Assembly: GCA_038496445.1 (NCBI GenBank)
Contig: JALMLS010000056.1
Location: 62,001-126,000, forward strand
Direction: 5' to 3'
DNA from: Trichosphaerium sp. ATCC 40318
Taxonomy: Eukaryota > Protista > Tubulinea
Length of the DNA stretch: 64,000 bases
A program made the position numbers and the translations under genes. Each line of letters starts with the position of its first letter. Position 1 is the first letter of the stretch. This document shows, in pieces, positions 1-11,867 of this stretch. The notes below the pieces were generated by a model, which was given only the letters and a program-made list of their open reading frames with translations, did not search any database and was not told the DNA's origin.

Positions 1-929
1 AAAGTACTCTTGGGATTCTAAAGAGGCTGCTGGCTTCTTTCGCTTCCGGGAAGGTCTGCTACTTGATGAGCTTTTGCCGTTTAGCTCAGGAAGAATTTTA
101 TCATCATGAGACCTCGGTAATGCCATGAATGTCCTTTGTGTACGTTCCTTTGGTGTGTAACTTATCATACTAACATAATTCGGCTTTTCAAACTCCTTTT
201 TGGCGGTGAATTTAAAATTATTATGATCGAATAGCTTTTGGAAGAAAAAAAGTGTTTTTGTCTTCGTCTTTGCTATCTGTTTGATTTCTGTTTTTGCCTT
301 TTTAAGGGCAGTATAATGATAAACAAAGCACTTGCAATGGAGTTTTGATGTGTAGTCGCTATCAACGAGATTTGAACAAAATAATTCTTCGGGTTTGCTT
401 TTTCGCTTCATGCTTTTCTGTACTACTTGCTGTAAAGCTGATTTTTGGCCGTTTTCATTAACACGCTTTGTTTGACGAAATAACCGTAGTAAATCATTGC
501 CTCTACACAAAGTAATTAAGTTTACATGAATTATTTTAAGTCACATGTCAAAAAAAAATTTGCACGTGCTCACCTAAAGAACCACTCCAATTTTACCCAT
601 TTCTTCTTGGATTGCTCATAAAGAGATATTATCCTTGCAATAGGGTACGGTTGCGTAGTATTATCACTTAACAAAACACAGTCGTAAACGTGATAAGTTT
701 CATCCTGTAAAGTAAAAAGTCAGCCGTTAAATTAAATAAAAAATGATCCAGCCACAAAAAAATAATGACGTGGGTTTTTTTGCTATTGTGGGACAGGAAG
801 TTGTTGCAAAAAAAAAAAAATTTGTACCTTGTACTTGCAAGCCTCATAAAATATGCGAGTGCCAATTTGCTTTACAGCCTTCCCAATCCACGTTGTGGGT
901 GAGCTACGTTGTGGTCGCGTGTTAGTCAT
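1..929 (-). CDS. N-terminal BAH-domain protein (ORC1-like N-terminus); 3' part runs off the window
   Basis: Manual splicing (2 introns) gives MTNTRPQRSSPTTWIGKAVKQIGTRIFYEACKYK/DETYHVYDCVLLSDNTTQPYPIARIISLYEQSKKKWVKLEWFFR/GNDLL...EELFCSNLVDSDYTSKLHCKCFVY...FFFQKLFD, matching the BAH pattern; frame stays open to position 1. Confidence 0.75.
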
Positions 930-1682
930 CCATTAATAAGATGGCGCTAAAAAAAGTATTAATAATTGGACTTGACGCTTGAGATGAAAAAATTGACGTT
1001 AGATCATTAAATAAGGTGTACTAAATGCGGAGCAGGTGATCGGCATCAAAGAGCTGTTAGCGCAATGTCACCACTCTCAAAAGGGCTTAAATTGCAATAA
1101 AACGGTATGAGGCGCATTTTTGCCCTTATAAGAATCTTTGGGTACAGATGAGCACTTACCGACTGGAGACAAGCCCGCTGCTGCTAGGGCAGTAAATTGA
1201 CGCTTTCCCTGACGTCAGCTGATGAGTTGAGGGTGTGATGGACCTGTTTAATAGATCAGAGGCGAGGTGAAGGTGGTAAAAAAGCGGCTAATCCATTAAA
1301 GCGCTGCGGTAGCATTGGTACCGTTTTAAACTGCCCAAGTGAAGCGATCTCGTGGGTCAACTGTTAACAGCTAATAAAGGACAATAGCTCCTTTGTAATT
1401 GTGCACCAGGTTGCGATAGAACAGCCTCAAGCGCTTGTACGGGGATTTGTTCTTTAGTAAAATTCGGTCCGTCCAAGTTCAATTCAAGGTGCCGTTTACT
1501 TTTGATACTTAACAATGCATTTACTTGCGTAACGGTTGTGCGCTACATACTGGGCGGTTTTCAACCGTAATAAGGGCTTTTCAATTAAGGAGACTACGCT
1601 GAACGCGAAATCGTCACAAAGTGAGAAAAACTTCGCGTCTCGCGCGTCTGACAGTGCTCTAACTCAAAAATTCGTAGATAAA

Positions 1683-4600
1683 ATGCATAAACCTTCACAT
1701 ACAAGAGCAGAATCGCAACAAACCAAACCTACGTATGCAGAGTTAAAAGATGAAGTGCGTACAGCTTTAAATTGCTTTATAGATAGATAGATAGAAAATG
1801 GAAAGTAAGACGAACTAACTTATTTTGCAAAAGGAGTTGTCTAGTAGGCACTCTCTGGGTAGACTATTGGTTAAAAGTACGAAATTATCCTTTTTATGAC
1901 GCTATTGCGCCTAAATGGGTGCTCCTCTTGCTACACCCGCGTCAGCAACGCGTTGACACTATGCATAGGAAAAATTGGCCCTGTCACAGGCGAATTGGTA
2001 AAAGCAGATTCTTTTTTGGATGCCATCAACGAAGTTCACGCCGCTACGCACGAGGGCTCTGATGATACTGTGGATTTGCCTCAACCACTTGAACCTTCAG
2101 AGCACATTACCAGGATGATGGAGAACCTTGATAATATGGCAGGAGGCGTGAGGTTGTCTGTATCGATTGATGTACGGGCTGGTGGGGAGGATTATAGTAA
2201 TATGGTGGTGCGTAAGGTTGGCAAAGTATTCGAAGAGTGCTTGGTATTTGAAACGCAAGAGGAGGCTCAAGTTCCCGGCTCCATGAAATCGGTGTCTGCT
2301 TTAGATTCGCCTAAACGTAGAGCTACAATTGACGATCAGTTGGATGAACTAATTATCGGTGAATTCGATGTACGTGCCAGATTGGAGAATTGTTGTACTT
2401 GTTTATATTTATTTCTTGTAGGAAGAGTTCTCTTTGATAGAACCACTAGCAGAGGGTAAAACTGGGTCTCAGATATACGCTGTATGAAAAAAAAGCTAAC
2501 CATGAACAAAATCATTGTTTTACTCTTCTGTAGGCTAGAAAAAGGAGGGGTGATCGTGTTGTGTGCGTTAAAGGCATACCAATCATAAACAGTGCGCGGT
2601 TTTTTATTATTTTTATTATCCAAATTGGTTATTTTCTGACGTTGTTGTTACCAGACAATGATGTTAATTGTTCTGAAAATATTTTGAATGAAATAAAAGC
2701 TCTAAAAGATGTTGCTTATTGTGAAAATTCTGCAACATACTATGGTTGTTTCGCAAAAGGCACTAAAGCAATATGTGTGCGTAGTTTTTTTTTTCTTTTT
2801 CGAATTTCCTCGTGACCTGTGTGTTCTTATTACGCTTAGATTGCGATGGAACTATGTGATATTGGATCTCTCGCTGAGATACGTGGTGTTAAAGGTGTTT
2901 GTTTTAATGAAGAAGAAATGATATTGATTCTACGTGAAGTATTACGCGTAAGTTTGTTTGCCACAAAAAAAAGAAAAAAATAAGAAAAATTCCACTCAGC
3001 AACACCGTTTATTATTAACCTTGTTTATAGTTCCTTGACTATGTCCATTCACATCATATTATCTATTTGAATTTACAAGGAGGTAATGTAATGGTAAAGA
3101 GCGATGGTTCTCTGCGTATAAGTACGAGTCTTTCTTTTTTTTTTCATTTTTGAAATAAAATCGTCTTTTTGTTCTTCTTTTCTATTCCTTTGGTAAACTA
3201 ATTATTTTGTGGTATAGTTGATTTTGGTGAGTGTCATTTTATTGAAGATTCTAAACCAAAAGATGTTGCTGGATCTCCACATTGGTGCGTCTTGGAAAAT
3301 ATCATTTCAATCTTCTTATTATTTTGCGCTAGGATGGCGCCTGAAGTAGCTGGAAATTATAGAGAACAAATAGAATATTCATGTAAAGCAGATATATGGA
3401 GTTTAGGCATTTTAGCTTTAGGTATTTTGTTTTTATTTAAATTCGTTCACATTCCTAAATTAACGCCCATACAGAGCTCTGTAGTGAGTCAGGTCAACCA
3501 CCTTTATCTCATTTAAAAGGTCTCCAAGTATTGAGACATATAGTAGATGAAGATCCACCTTGTTTATCAGGAGACTGGTATGTACAACCGACCATCAAAT
3601 AGTACAAATGTTTAATTATTTCTCCCAACAGGTCACAAGGATTTTACGCCCTAGTGTCATCCTGTCTTGACAAAAATCCTAAAAGACGTCCTACAGCTAA
3701 AACGCTCTTAAATGTACGAGAAATAATCAAGTGGTGTTTGAGAAACTTATTTTTCTTCTTTTCATTAGCTACCTTTTGTAAAGAGTTCTCCTTTGAAGTC
3801 ATTAATCGGGTTCATATCGAACTTATCTTTGAATAAGAAGCTTTTTAAAAAAGCTAAAAAGAATACGCCTGCAACATACACCAAGCCAACCATGTCGTTC
3901 TTCTCAGGTACGCAATTTTTGGACAGGAATAGAAAAGTTACGCCTTGGTTTTCTGTGAAAACTACTTATTTCCAACGTTTTTATCATGAGTTCTTATTCT
4001 TTGCAATGCAGGTCCAGGTTCTAGTTCTTTTGAAGCACGTACATCTTCTAATACTAGAAGAGCACAATCTGGGAGGTTTAGAAAGGTACTAGGGAAAAGG
4101 AGAACGTATAATGGCGATAAAGGCAAACGAGATGTCAGAAAAAGTGACAATAGAAGGTACGGCTTATTCATACAATTTATAACTTGTATTCATCTCACGT
4201 AGAGTCACATTACATGCACTTGGTAATGCCCTGCGTTCAACGTCAAGGAAACGACTTGACTTTAAGTCAGCTACAGTTTCACCAGATAGTACACCATTGT
4301 CTGGTAGAAGTAGATCTGTACGGACAGTAAATTTGACTTATTATCTTTTTCGCAAACCAGCTGCACCAAAACCATTTCAAAAAGAGCCTTATCATAGTCT
4401 TCATGAGCGTATGGTAGTAGTCTTAATCTTCCCGCAGTGCATTACTGAAACAAACAAAACAACAACTCAGAAAAATGAAAATCGGTCGCGCTTTTTTCTT
4501 ACTTCTTTTTGCTGTATTATACTATTGCTCATGCTTTGGTCTTAGGATGAACCTTCAATATCATTTAACCTATCTCAGAGGTTAATACAAAGTGATAGTA

Positions 4601-5253
4601 GTGCTTCAACACAGAGACACGCAAAGAAAAGTAAAAAACAACAAAGAAGAAGTAAGAGATCAGTACGTAAGCAAAAGAAAAGAAGACAGATAGCTATAAA
4701 GAAATCAAATGCAAGTGGAAGATCGCACTCATTCGGTGGACCATTCTCAGGGGATGATATGAAAATAACAGGAACACCAATGCCGCCACTCGCTATTAAG
4801 TCAGCAACATCACCTGTGATTAAGCGAAGGCGTTCACCTATGCTTGCGCTTGATTGGGATGGATTTTCCTTTCGTAAACCTAAACTTCAACCAATGCTAT
4901 CTGATCTTTATGATATGCGTGATAAGCTGCCTGATGCAAAGGCATTAAGATATTACGTTGGTTTGAAGCGTTTTAATAGAGGAGACTTTCATCAGGGTGT
5001 TTTTTTCCCTGATCATTTTTCTAAGTTTGGTTTAAGCGATTGTGTATGTATTATGACTTATCATGCTAATAAGAGAAAATGGAAGGTAAAGTGTACTGGT
5101 AGGTATATAAAGATTGCTGGAGAGAGGAATATGACTACTCTTTTTAAAGGTGATATTAGAACTCTTTCTGATGGTGATGTTATATTTTTTGGAAAAGGAG
5201 AAGCACTTAAACTTCTATTTCATCAGAAACCTCCAATACGTAAAAAACGTTGA
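1683..5253 (+). CDS. STE20-family kinase-like protein (probable pseudokinase) with C-terminal FHA-like domain
   Basis: Spliced motifs VCVK, NEIKAL, IAMELCDIGSL, IIYLNLQGGN (HRD site), DFG, GSPHWMAPEV, KADIWSLGI, CLDKNPKRRPTA; last exon ends LSDGDVIFFG...LLF (FHA-like). Start codon uncertain. Confidence 0.8.
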
Positions 5254-5566
5254 GCAGAAAAAAAATACAAACCTCTTCACCTCCAATACTTCTACTACCA
5301 CTATTTACACATTTTTTTTAAAGTATGTATGCACTTGTAATAGCTCCATTCAAAAAAAACCACAATAAATAAACAATTTAATCTTTACGTTGCCTACATT
5401 TTACGCTGTGCAAAAAACCAAATAGTACGTCATGACCAGGCTGCGGTTATCTCAAAGGAGTGAAGAGAATTTTGAATATTAAGAAGTGTAACTTTATTGG
5501 GAGCTCATTCGAAAGACTTTGTTTGTAATGTTTATTTGCTCTTTTTTTTTTTTTTTTTTTGGCAAT

Positions 5567-6165
5567 TCAAAAATCTAACCAACCTTCTGGAATGACGACT
5601 AATTGACCAAAATCATTCCAAATCTTGAGATCTCCTTTAATTTCACCTTTAACAAAACACAACTGTTGTTTCAATTGACCATAGAAGTTCCACTCTGTGC
5701 TCTCTCCTTCTCTTTCACCATTAACAAAGTGTTCAAGTTTTTCTAATTGTCCATTCCCATGCCATTTCTTACATTCTCCTTCAAGTTTACCATTAACATA
5801 GCGACAGTGTTTTAGTAAAAGCCCATTTTTATCATGCCACTTGTTCTCTCCATGGCGCTGACCATGTCTAAAATACTGCTGAATACGAATGATGTATTCT
5901 CCACAAACAGCTTTGTCCATCCATTTGCCATGTTTATTTAAATCACTATCAAACTTAGTGGTAGTTGCCGAGTGCTTTGCCAACAAGGCCCACTTTGTAT
6001 AAATTTCATCGTCCAACTCCATGATATCAAGCTGAATCTCAATGGGAAGAAGAAATAAGTGGTGAGCTTCAGAAACACTGGGCTGGTGTTGTGTAAGCGA
6101 AAAGTGCACAGTGCGAACTTGCAGGAACTACAGCATAGTACCTTAGACAGTTGTTTTTTTGCCAT
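5567..6165 (-). CDS. F-box-like + MORN-variant (MORN2/YwqK-type) repeat protein
   Basis: One intron (6083-6141) joins MAKKQLSK to PSVSEAHHLFLLPIEIQLDIM (F-box-like), followed by repeats such as GECKKWHGNGQL and GESTEWNFYGQL. Confidence 0.75.
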
Positions 6166-7125
6166 ACGTAAAGAGAATATAACTGATTTGACGTTGCTGT
6201 CAAGCTTATTACTAGAAAAAATTCCATGCCACGTGTATGATAAATTTTATAAGTTTATTGTGTCACACAACGAAAGCAAGCTTTCTTACCAACAATACTA
6301 CAGATGTGCCAGAGTTTGAGGCTCTTTTATTAAACAGTGTCTAGTGATTAAACCAACTTTCACGTTTACAAAGTATCGTTTTTTGAAGAAATCACGTGAT
6401 TGTAAGAAAGATGCAAAACTTTAATCAATTTTTATAATGTACATCCTTCTATCTGAGGGTGTTGTTTGTCTAAGCTTTCTTGATGTGGCTTACATAATGT
6501 TGTTTCTTGTCTTTCACTCGTCCCTTCTATAGTCGTAGGTTATACCTAGGGACTCAAAAGCTTCTTTTGTAAGTGAACATGTTGCACATGTAATTTGTTT
6601 AAGAGATGTAATTTACTTGAAACAAGCGTTTGTACCATGCACCACATACTTTTTGCAAGTTCTGTATGCTCACAATGGCGTTCGTTTGTGTTCTACACAT
6701 TCAAAGCCTATAGCATCAAGCAAAAAAATGCAAAATGGTTTGAACTTTCCCTTATTTTTCTTAGCCGGATATAGCCGTCCCAAAAACTTAAACAGCTATA
6801 AGTGTTAATACGCTTTTGCCGTGTCGTTATAAGATGCGATAGTACTTTCAGGTGAGCCGTCTAGGTAGCTATAATTTGCAGTTGAACAAATCACTTTGCG
6901 TCTTCATCGTACTCCTTTTTCGTGAGATGGTTGTTCTAAGCTGGTATTGAGTTATTAAAGCCATATCAGCTGTTGACGGTTGCCACTATGCAAGTACTTT
7001 ACATACCGATCGTACATAATTGTGTGCCAACTTGGTGTTCTTAGATATGCAGTCTAAGGGTTGGCTATCATCTAATGTTCGCGTTAACACTGTTGACTTT
7101 AAAAATCGCATCTCATTCACAGTAG

Positions 7126-8517
7126 ATGTTCAGACCTTTCGCCCGTAGTACACAAATATACCAGGTTACGCGCTCTGATGCTTCCATACACGCACGGAAG
7201 TGGCGTTTCGAGGTGAAGGGGAAAAAAAGCGTTAAGGGTATACCACGTGCCGTGGCCAGCGTGGTAGTACGCGACCGCCCAGGTAGGCTTGTTATAAATA
7301 ATAGGATGAATTAAAGATCTGTAGCGTTTTTTTCGACCACGTGCTTCGCCCGCGCACCCCACGCACTTGTTAGAACAGCTTGGCCAGATGGGACACCCAA
7401 GTCACAACTATACACGCTGGATGGAGTAAACGATGGAGATTGCAAGCACTACCACGAGAATGGTAATCTGCGTTCTACTTTAACGTACAAGAATGGAGCA
7501 AAGGTTGGAGAATATGTACACTATTTTCCTGATGAAAAAAAGGAGGTAGTTTGTAACTACGCCAACGGTACGAGGAACTTTTATACCCAAAGAAAGAGAA
7601 GATACAAATGTTCGTTTAGGACGGAAAGCAGGAGAGTATACGCAATATCACCCAAACGGACAGATGTCTGTGTATTGTGTATATGTAAACGGGAGAATAG
7701 AAGGCCTGCATAAGCAATGGTACTAGCCCTTGTAGAAATGTTTGCATAATCTGAGCTTGTTTTAGGAACTCTGGCGGCATGATATTGGCACTTACCTTGT
7801 TTAAGCACGGTTTAAAGGAAGGAGAATCCACTGAATATCATAACAATGGGCAACTCAAGCAACAGACATTCTACAAGAACGATCTGAAGGAGGGTGAATC
7901 AAAGAAATGGTGCAACAGTAGTTTCGCTAATTTTGGTTCTCGCTTTATTTTTTATTGTCACCACATGTTTATCACGTGATTTTTCTAAATTAAGACGTTC
8001 TTTCATTAGGTATCCCAATGGACAGCTCAAAAGTATTCATTTCTTTAGAGAAGGTAAAGAAGAAGGAGAAGAAAAGTCATGGCATTCTAATGGTCAATTG
8101 CGTCATCAAGGACAAAATAAAGATGGAAGAGATGAAGGAGAGTTTAAAAGTTGGTTTTCAAATGGTTCTTTACGTGTTGTAAGGAACTTCAAGGATGGTA
8201 AAGAGCATGGCGACGAGATTGAGTACTACAAAAATGGACAAATTAAAAAGAAAAATACAAACAATCTCGGTAAGGAAGTAGGAGAAACACTTGAATATTA
8301 TGACGATGGAGTATTGAAGAGCAAAATAAACCTTGTAGACGGTTTAAGAGAAGGTCAATTTGAGACTTTTCATCCTAATGGTAAGATTAAATCTAAAGGT
8401 GTCTACTTGGATGGTAGATTAGATGGAGATTACAGAACATGGGACGATAAGGGTATCACAACTTTATCTCGCATTTACCGAAGAGGAGAAATTCGCGAAA
8501 CAAAGAAACAACTCTAG
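7126..8517 (+). CDS. Long MORN-variant (MORN2) repeat protein with possible mitochondrial presequence
   Basis: 4 introns; more than a dozen G-x3-(Y/W)-x2-NG-x-L repeats; Arg-rich N-terminus MFRPFARSTQ. Confidence 0.8.
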
Positions 8518-8925
8518 AACAACTCAAATTGCAACCACGTTCTTCAAACCTTAGTAAAGATCAACACACATGTTCGGTATTTATAGTATGACGTCATAAA
8601 TAAATAAATAAAAACGTACTAGTGCAGAAGTTCTTACCAACATCAGAATTTCAAAAAAAAAATTCTTATCTCAAAGATTGGTTTATCAAGAGTTCGAACT
8701 CACATTAAGATAAATGTTCTTAATCAATTCAGGAGAGTAAGAAATAGTAGTAGGAAAGGAAATAGTAAAAACAAACTCGAGATATTATTCGACCAACCCT
8801 GGATTATTATTAGGTTTTTTTTTTTTTACAATTACAATAATTTGGTTTTTATGTACACAGGTCATCCAAAAGGGAGGCTCGTCAAAAAGTTAGTTTCGTC
8901 TGAGAATATTTTTTTTTCTTCTTCT

Positions 8926-10020
8926 TCAGACACGTCGTTGATATGGTTGGTGTCGTCGATTTCGTTTTGTGGTCTTGCGTTTTGCTTTACGGCATATTAA
9001 AGGTGATGACGCTTTAGATTGCCATTGCTCAATTAGAGCAGCTACAAGAACTTTGTAGATGAAGATGAACTGTCCGACTGTTTGAACCATCGCCCAACTT
9101 CTTTGTTCTCTGAGCTTCTTTATGATATCTGGAACGTTTACGACGCGATTGATCGAGTTTACAAAACAAGAAGGAAGTTCCTTTGTAGGTTTAGATAAAT
9201 CGACTGTTTCTTCCTTTGTAGTTGTTTTATCTTCCTCGCTTCTTGTGTACTTCGCTAGCTTGCTTATAGCGATAGCAGAGCTAATAAAAGTGCCAGCTCT
9301 GCCGACACCCGCGGAGCAGTGTGTAATAACGGGTCCGTTTAGCTTATTTAGTTTTGCGGCTTCTCTGTATAGTTTTGTGAGGTTGTAGAGCGAAACGATC
9401 GAATGCGCGTCAGACGGCGTTCCAAAATCAGGCCAACCCATAAATTGTAGTTGTATTACTTGTCGCGTTTCGTCGGTTACGCTGTGAGTTAGTGTGAAGT
9501 TTCGTGTGATTACTTCTTTTGAGACTGATTGGCTAAGTAACGTAATTTGAATGTCTCCCCATACGCACGTCATCCCCAAGCGATTTGGCCAATACATGTC
9601 GCCCTTTTTATAGCCGTTTTCAAAAAGTTTTAAAAGTGTCACTATAACGCCTGAACGCTGTTCCCATACCATTTGCCAAAAGTCATTAAATGTTGAAGGT
9701 AAAGGGCACTGTGTTGCGATCCATTCGTGCTCGTTCGTTTCTTTTTCTGCGTCGCCGCAGTAACTAGCGTTTATGTAATTGTTTGTTCTTGTTCGCCACG
9801 TTTGATTTAATTTCACTCTACTTCCTTCGTTTGGTAATATATTAGAATAGCGGTTCTTGTTATGGTTCGCTGGAGCTGAAGCAGTTGGATACGTTTGTTT
9901 TATAGCTGTATAACTTGTTGGTTTATCCTTTGTTTCTTCTAGATCGTTGTATTGACTTTCTAGCTCTTCTATGTTCAAGTGCTGCGTGAATTGGAGCATT
10001 TTGTTTTTATGTAATTTCAT
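8926..10020 (-). CDS. Classical (tyrosine-specific) protein tyrosine phosphatase, intronless
   Basis: KNRYSNI, YINAS, IATQCP, DFWQMVWEQ, WPDFG, HCSAGVGRAG and MVQT motifs all intact. Confidence 0.95.
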   Translation of the reverse strand: MKLHKNKMLQFTQHLNIEELESQYNDLEETKDKPTSYTAIKQTYPTASAPANHNKNRYSNILPNEGSRVKLNQTWRTRTNNYINASYCGDAEKETNEHEWIATQCPLPSTFNDFWQMVWEQRSGVIVTLLKLFENGYKKGDMYWPNRLGMTCVWGDIQITLLSQSVSKEVITRNFTLTHSVTDETRQVIQLQFMGWPDFGTPSDAHSIVSLYNLTKLYREAAKLNKLNGPVITHCSAGVGRAGTFISSAIAISKLAKYTRSEEDKTTTKEETVDLSKPTKELPSCFVNSINRVVNVPDIIKKLREQRSWAMVQTVGQFIFIYKVLVAALIEQWQSKASSPLICRKAKRKTTKRNRRHQPYQRRV

Positions 10021-10683
10021 TACAATAAAATGTACGTAAATAGTAATAGTACAATAAGTTTAGGTGACGTTGCGTTATGTATTGTGTTGAACGGTAAAAA
10101 TGAAATGTGGGCTTTCAGCGAAGTTCTGAACTAGTTAAGGGGGAACGAGATGTGAATGGGTGAAGTTCCGTGCTTTGAACAAACTCTGAAAATGAAGTTT
10201 TTTTCTCAAGAATACTACACCTCGTTCAATTATTGCGGCACTTATTTAACGAAGTACATGACATATTTAGTCGTCATCACGCGATTATCCTAGCGCAGAT
10301 CGTAAACGAATAACCTTTCACAGGCATTAATTGTCAAATATCACGTGAATAAGATGAATACTACTTACAACCGTAGAAACAAGAGATTTGTCGAGTATTT
10401 GTACGGCCGTGACGCACAGTGTCGCAAAAACTGTTTTAGCGAAGAATATCCGACGGGTAAAATCGTTATTTCGTTTGTTGGTAACGAGAGGTAGCGCCAA
10501 CAAATGAAATGACACAGTTTTTTGATGAAGTCCGCAAATTGCGGGTTAGCTGCACGTGACACCACTTATCACGAAAGGCCTCTATTACGCTATATAATGT
10601 CATACATCAGTATAATAACCATGACATACAGACTATGTTTGGATTGAGACCGCAAACAGTGAAAAGAATTTCTTGGATGGTTT

Positions 10684-11581
10684 TTATTTATCATCATAAA
10701 ATTCTTCTTCTTTACCAACCTACATGCATTATTAATAACTATTGTATTTATTTGTAAAATATCCGTACCTCTTTGATTTTAGCGACATTCATGGTTGCAA
10801 AGGATTTGCCTAACAGGCGAATACTGTTGAGTTTGGTAACTTCTCCTCCGTTTTGATTGTCTTCAATAAAAACCTAGCGAAATGTCATAAAAGATAGTCT
10901 TTGTTTCTTTGTTGTTGTACCGATAGCATGGTGAGTTTTTGAAATTTCACTGTTCTAACTTGTAGAGGAGGTGTGTCTTCTTTCAAATCATCTGGGCTGA
11001 GCGTAAATGACTGCGTTGGAGGGTCGCTTTCAGCTTCATCGAATCTGTGTTTCAAAAAAATTTAGCGAAAAAAACACGTATTGTTCGTTGCTTTCGGTCA
11101 TTTGCGGAGGGAAAACGCTTGTTTGCGACAAAATATTTGTAGAGCAATGAGGTAAAAATGGCAATGTAGGAATACGTTATAGAGTGAACATAGAATGCGT
11201 ACCCCATGTTTAGCTTATTGCAGAACAATTTTACAGTCTTAGGACCAGTGCCATCAGATGGTCCTGTAATTTTGATGGCAGCGAGCCTACAAGGGTTGCG
11301 AAGCGGGATATTGATCAACAACTGCTCGTCTGTGTCGCTTTGAATGTATTTATCCTTGGATAGTTTAATAACGCAAGGGCTTGTATTTGGCGTACTTTGT
11401 TGAGGTCAACTTTGTCGTCGCCTTCTAGATTATAGTTTGTGAGTATATTACCAATTGGGAACTCGTCGACGTGATTTAGGCACTCAACGTCCAAACCGCT
11501 AATTGCTTCTCTCAAATCAACCTACGTGCTTGTTATTCTTATGCCTATAACGTTAAACAGTACAAATTTCGCCATGGCCAT
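10684..11581 (-). CDS. PITH-domain protein
   Basis: Spliced: VECLN...IQSDTDEQLLINIP...GPKTVKLFCN...FDEAESDPPTQ...VKFQKL...VFIEDNQNGGEVT...IRLLG. Confidence 0.85.
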
Positions 11582-11867
11582 TGTGTTGTATACTCTTGTA
11601 GTCGTTTTGTTTGTTTGGTGTTCACTTAACCGACTTAGACTGTCTTACTACTTGATTTGATTAAAACAGACGATATCTGCCTTTCCTCATACTTTCTTTC
11701 CGTCTCTTTACAATTAAATTGTGTTTAGCAGGTACCATACGCTTTTTCAGCTCCACATGTGCTCACAGCCAATAGATACACGTGGACTATACAACACAGC
11801 TCTGTGGTTGAGTAGCAAACGTCAAATTTATTATTGAATTATTTTTTAGAACATTCTGATTGCAGAC

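Noticed and set aside
1150-1250. Possible second Sec codon (minus-strand TGA at 1215-1217 in an exon-like segment)
   Set aside because: No coherent gene model, homology or SECIS.
6420-6960. Possible small spliced minus-strand gene
   Set aside because: Only short open segments; I could not build a consistent model.
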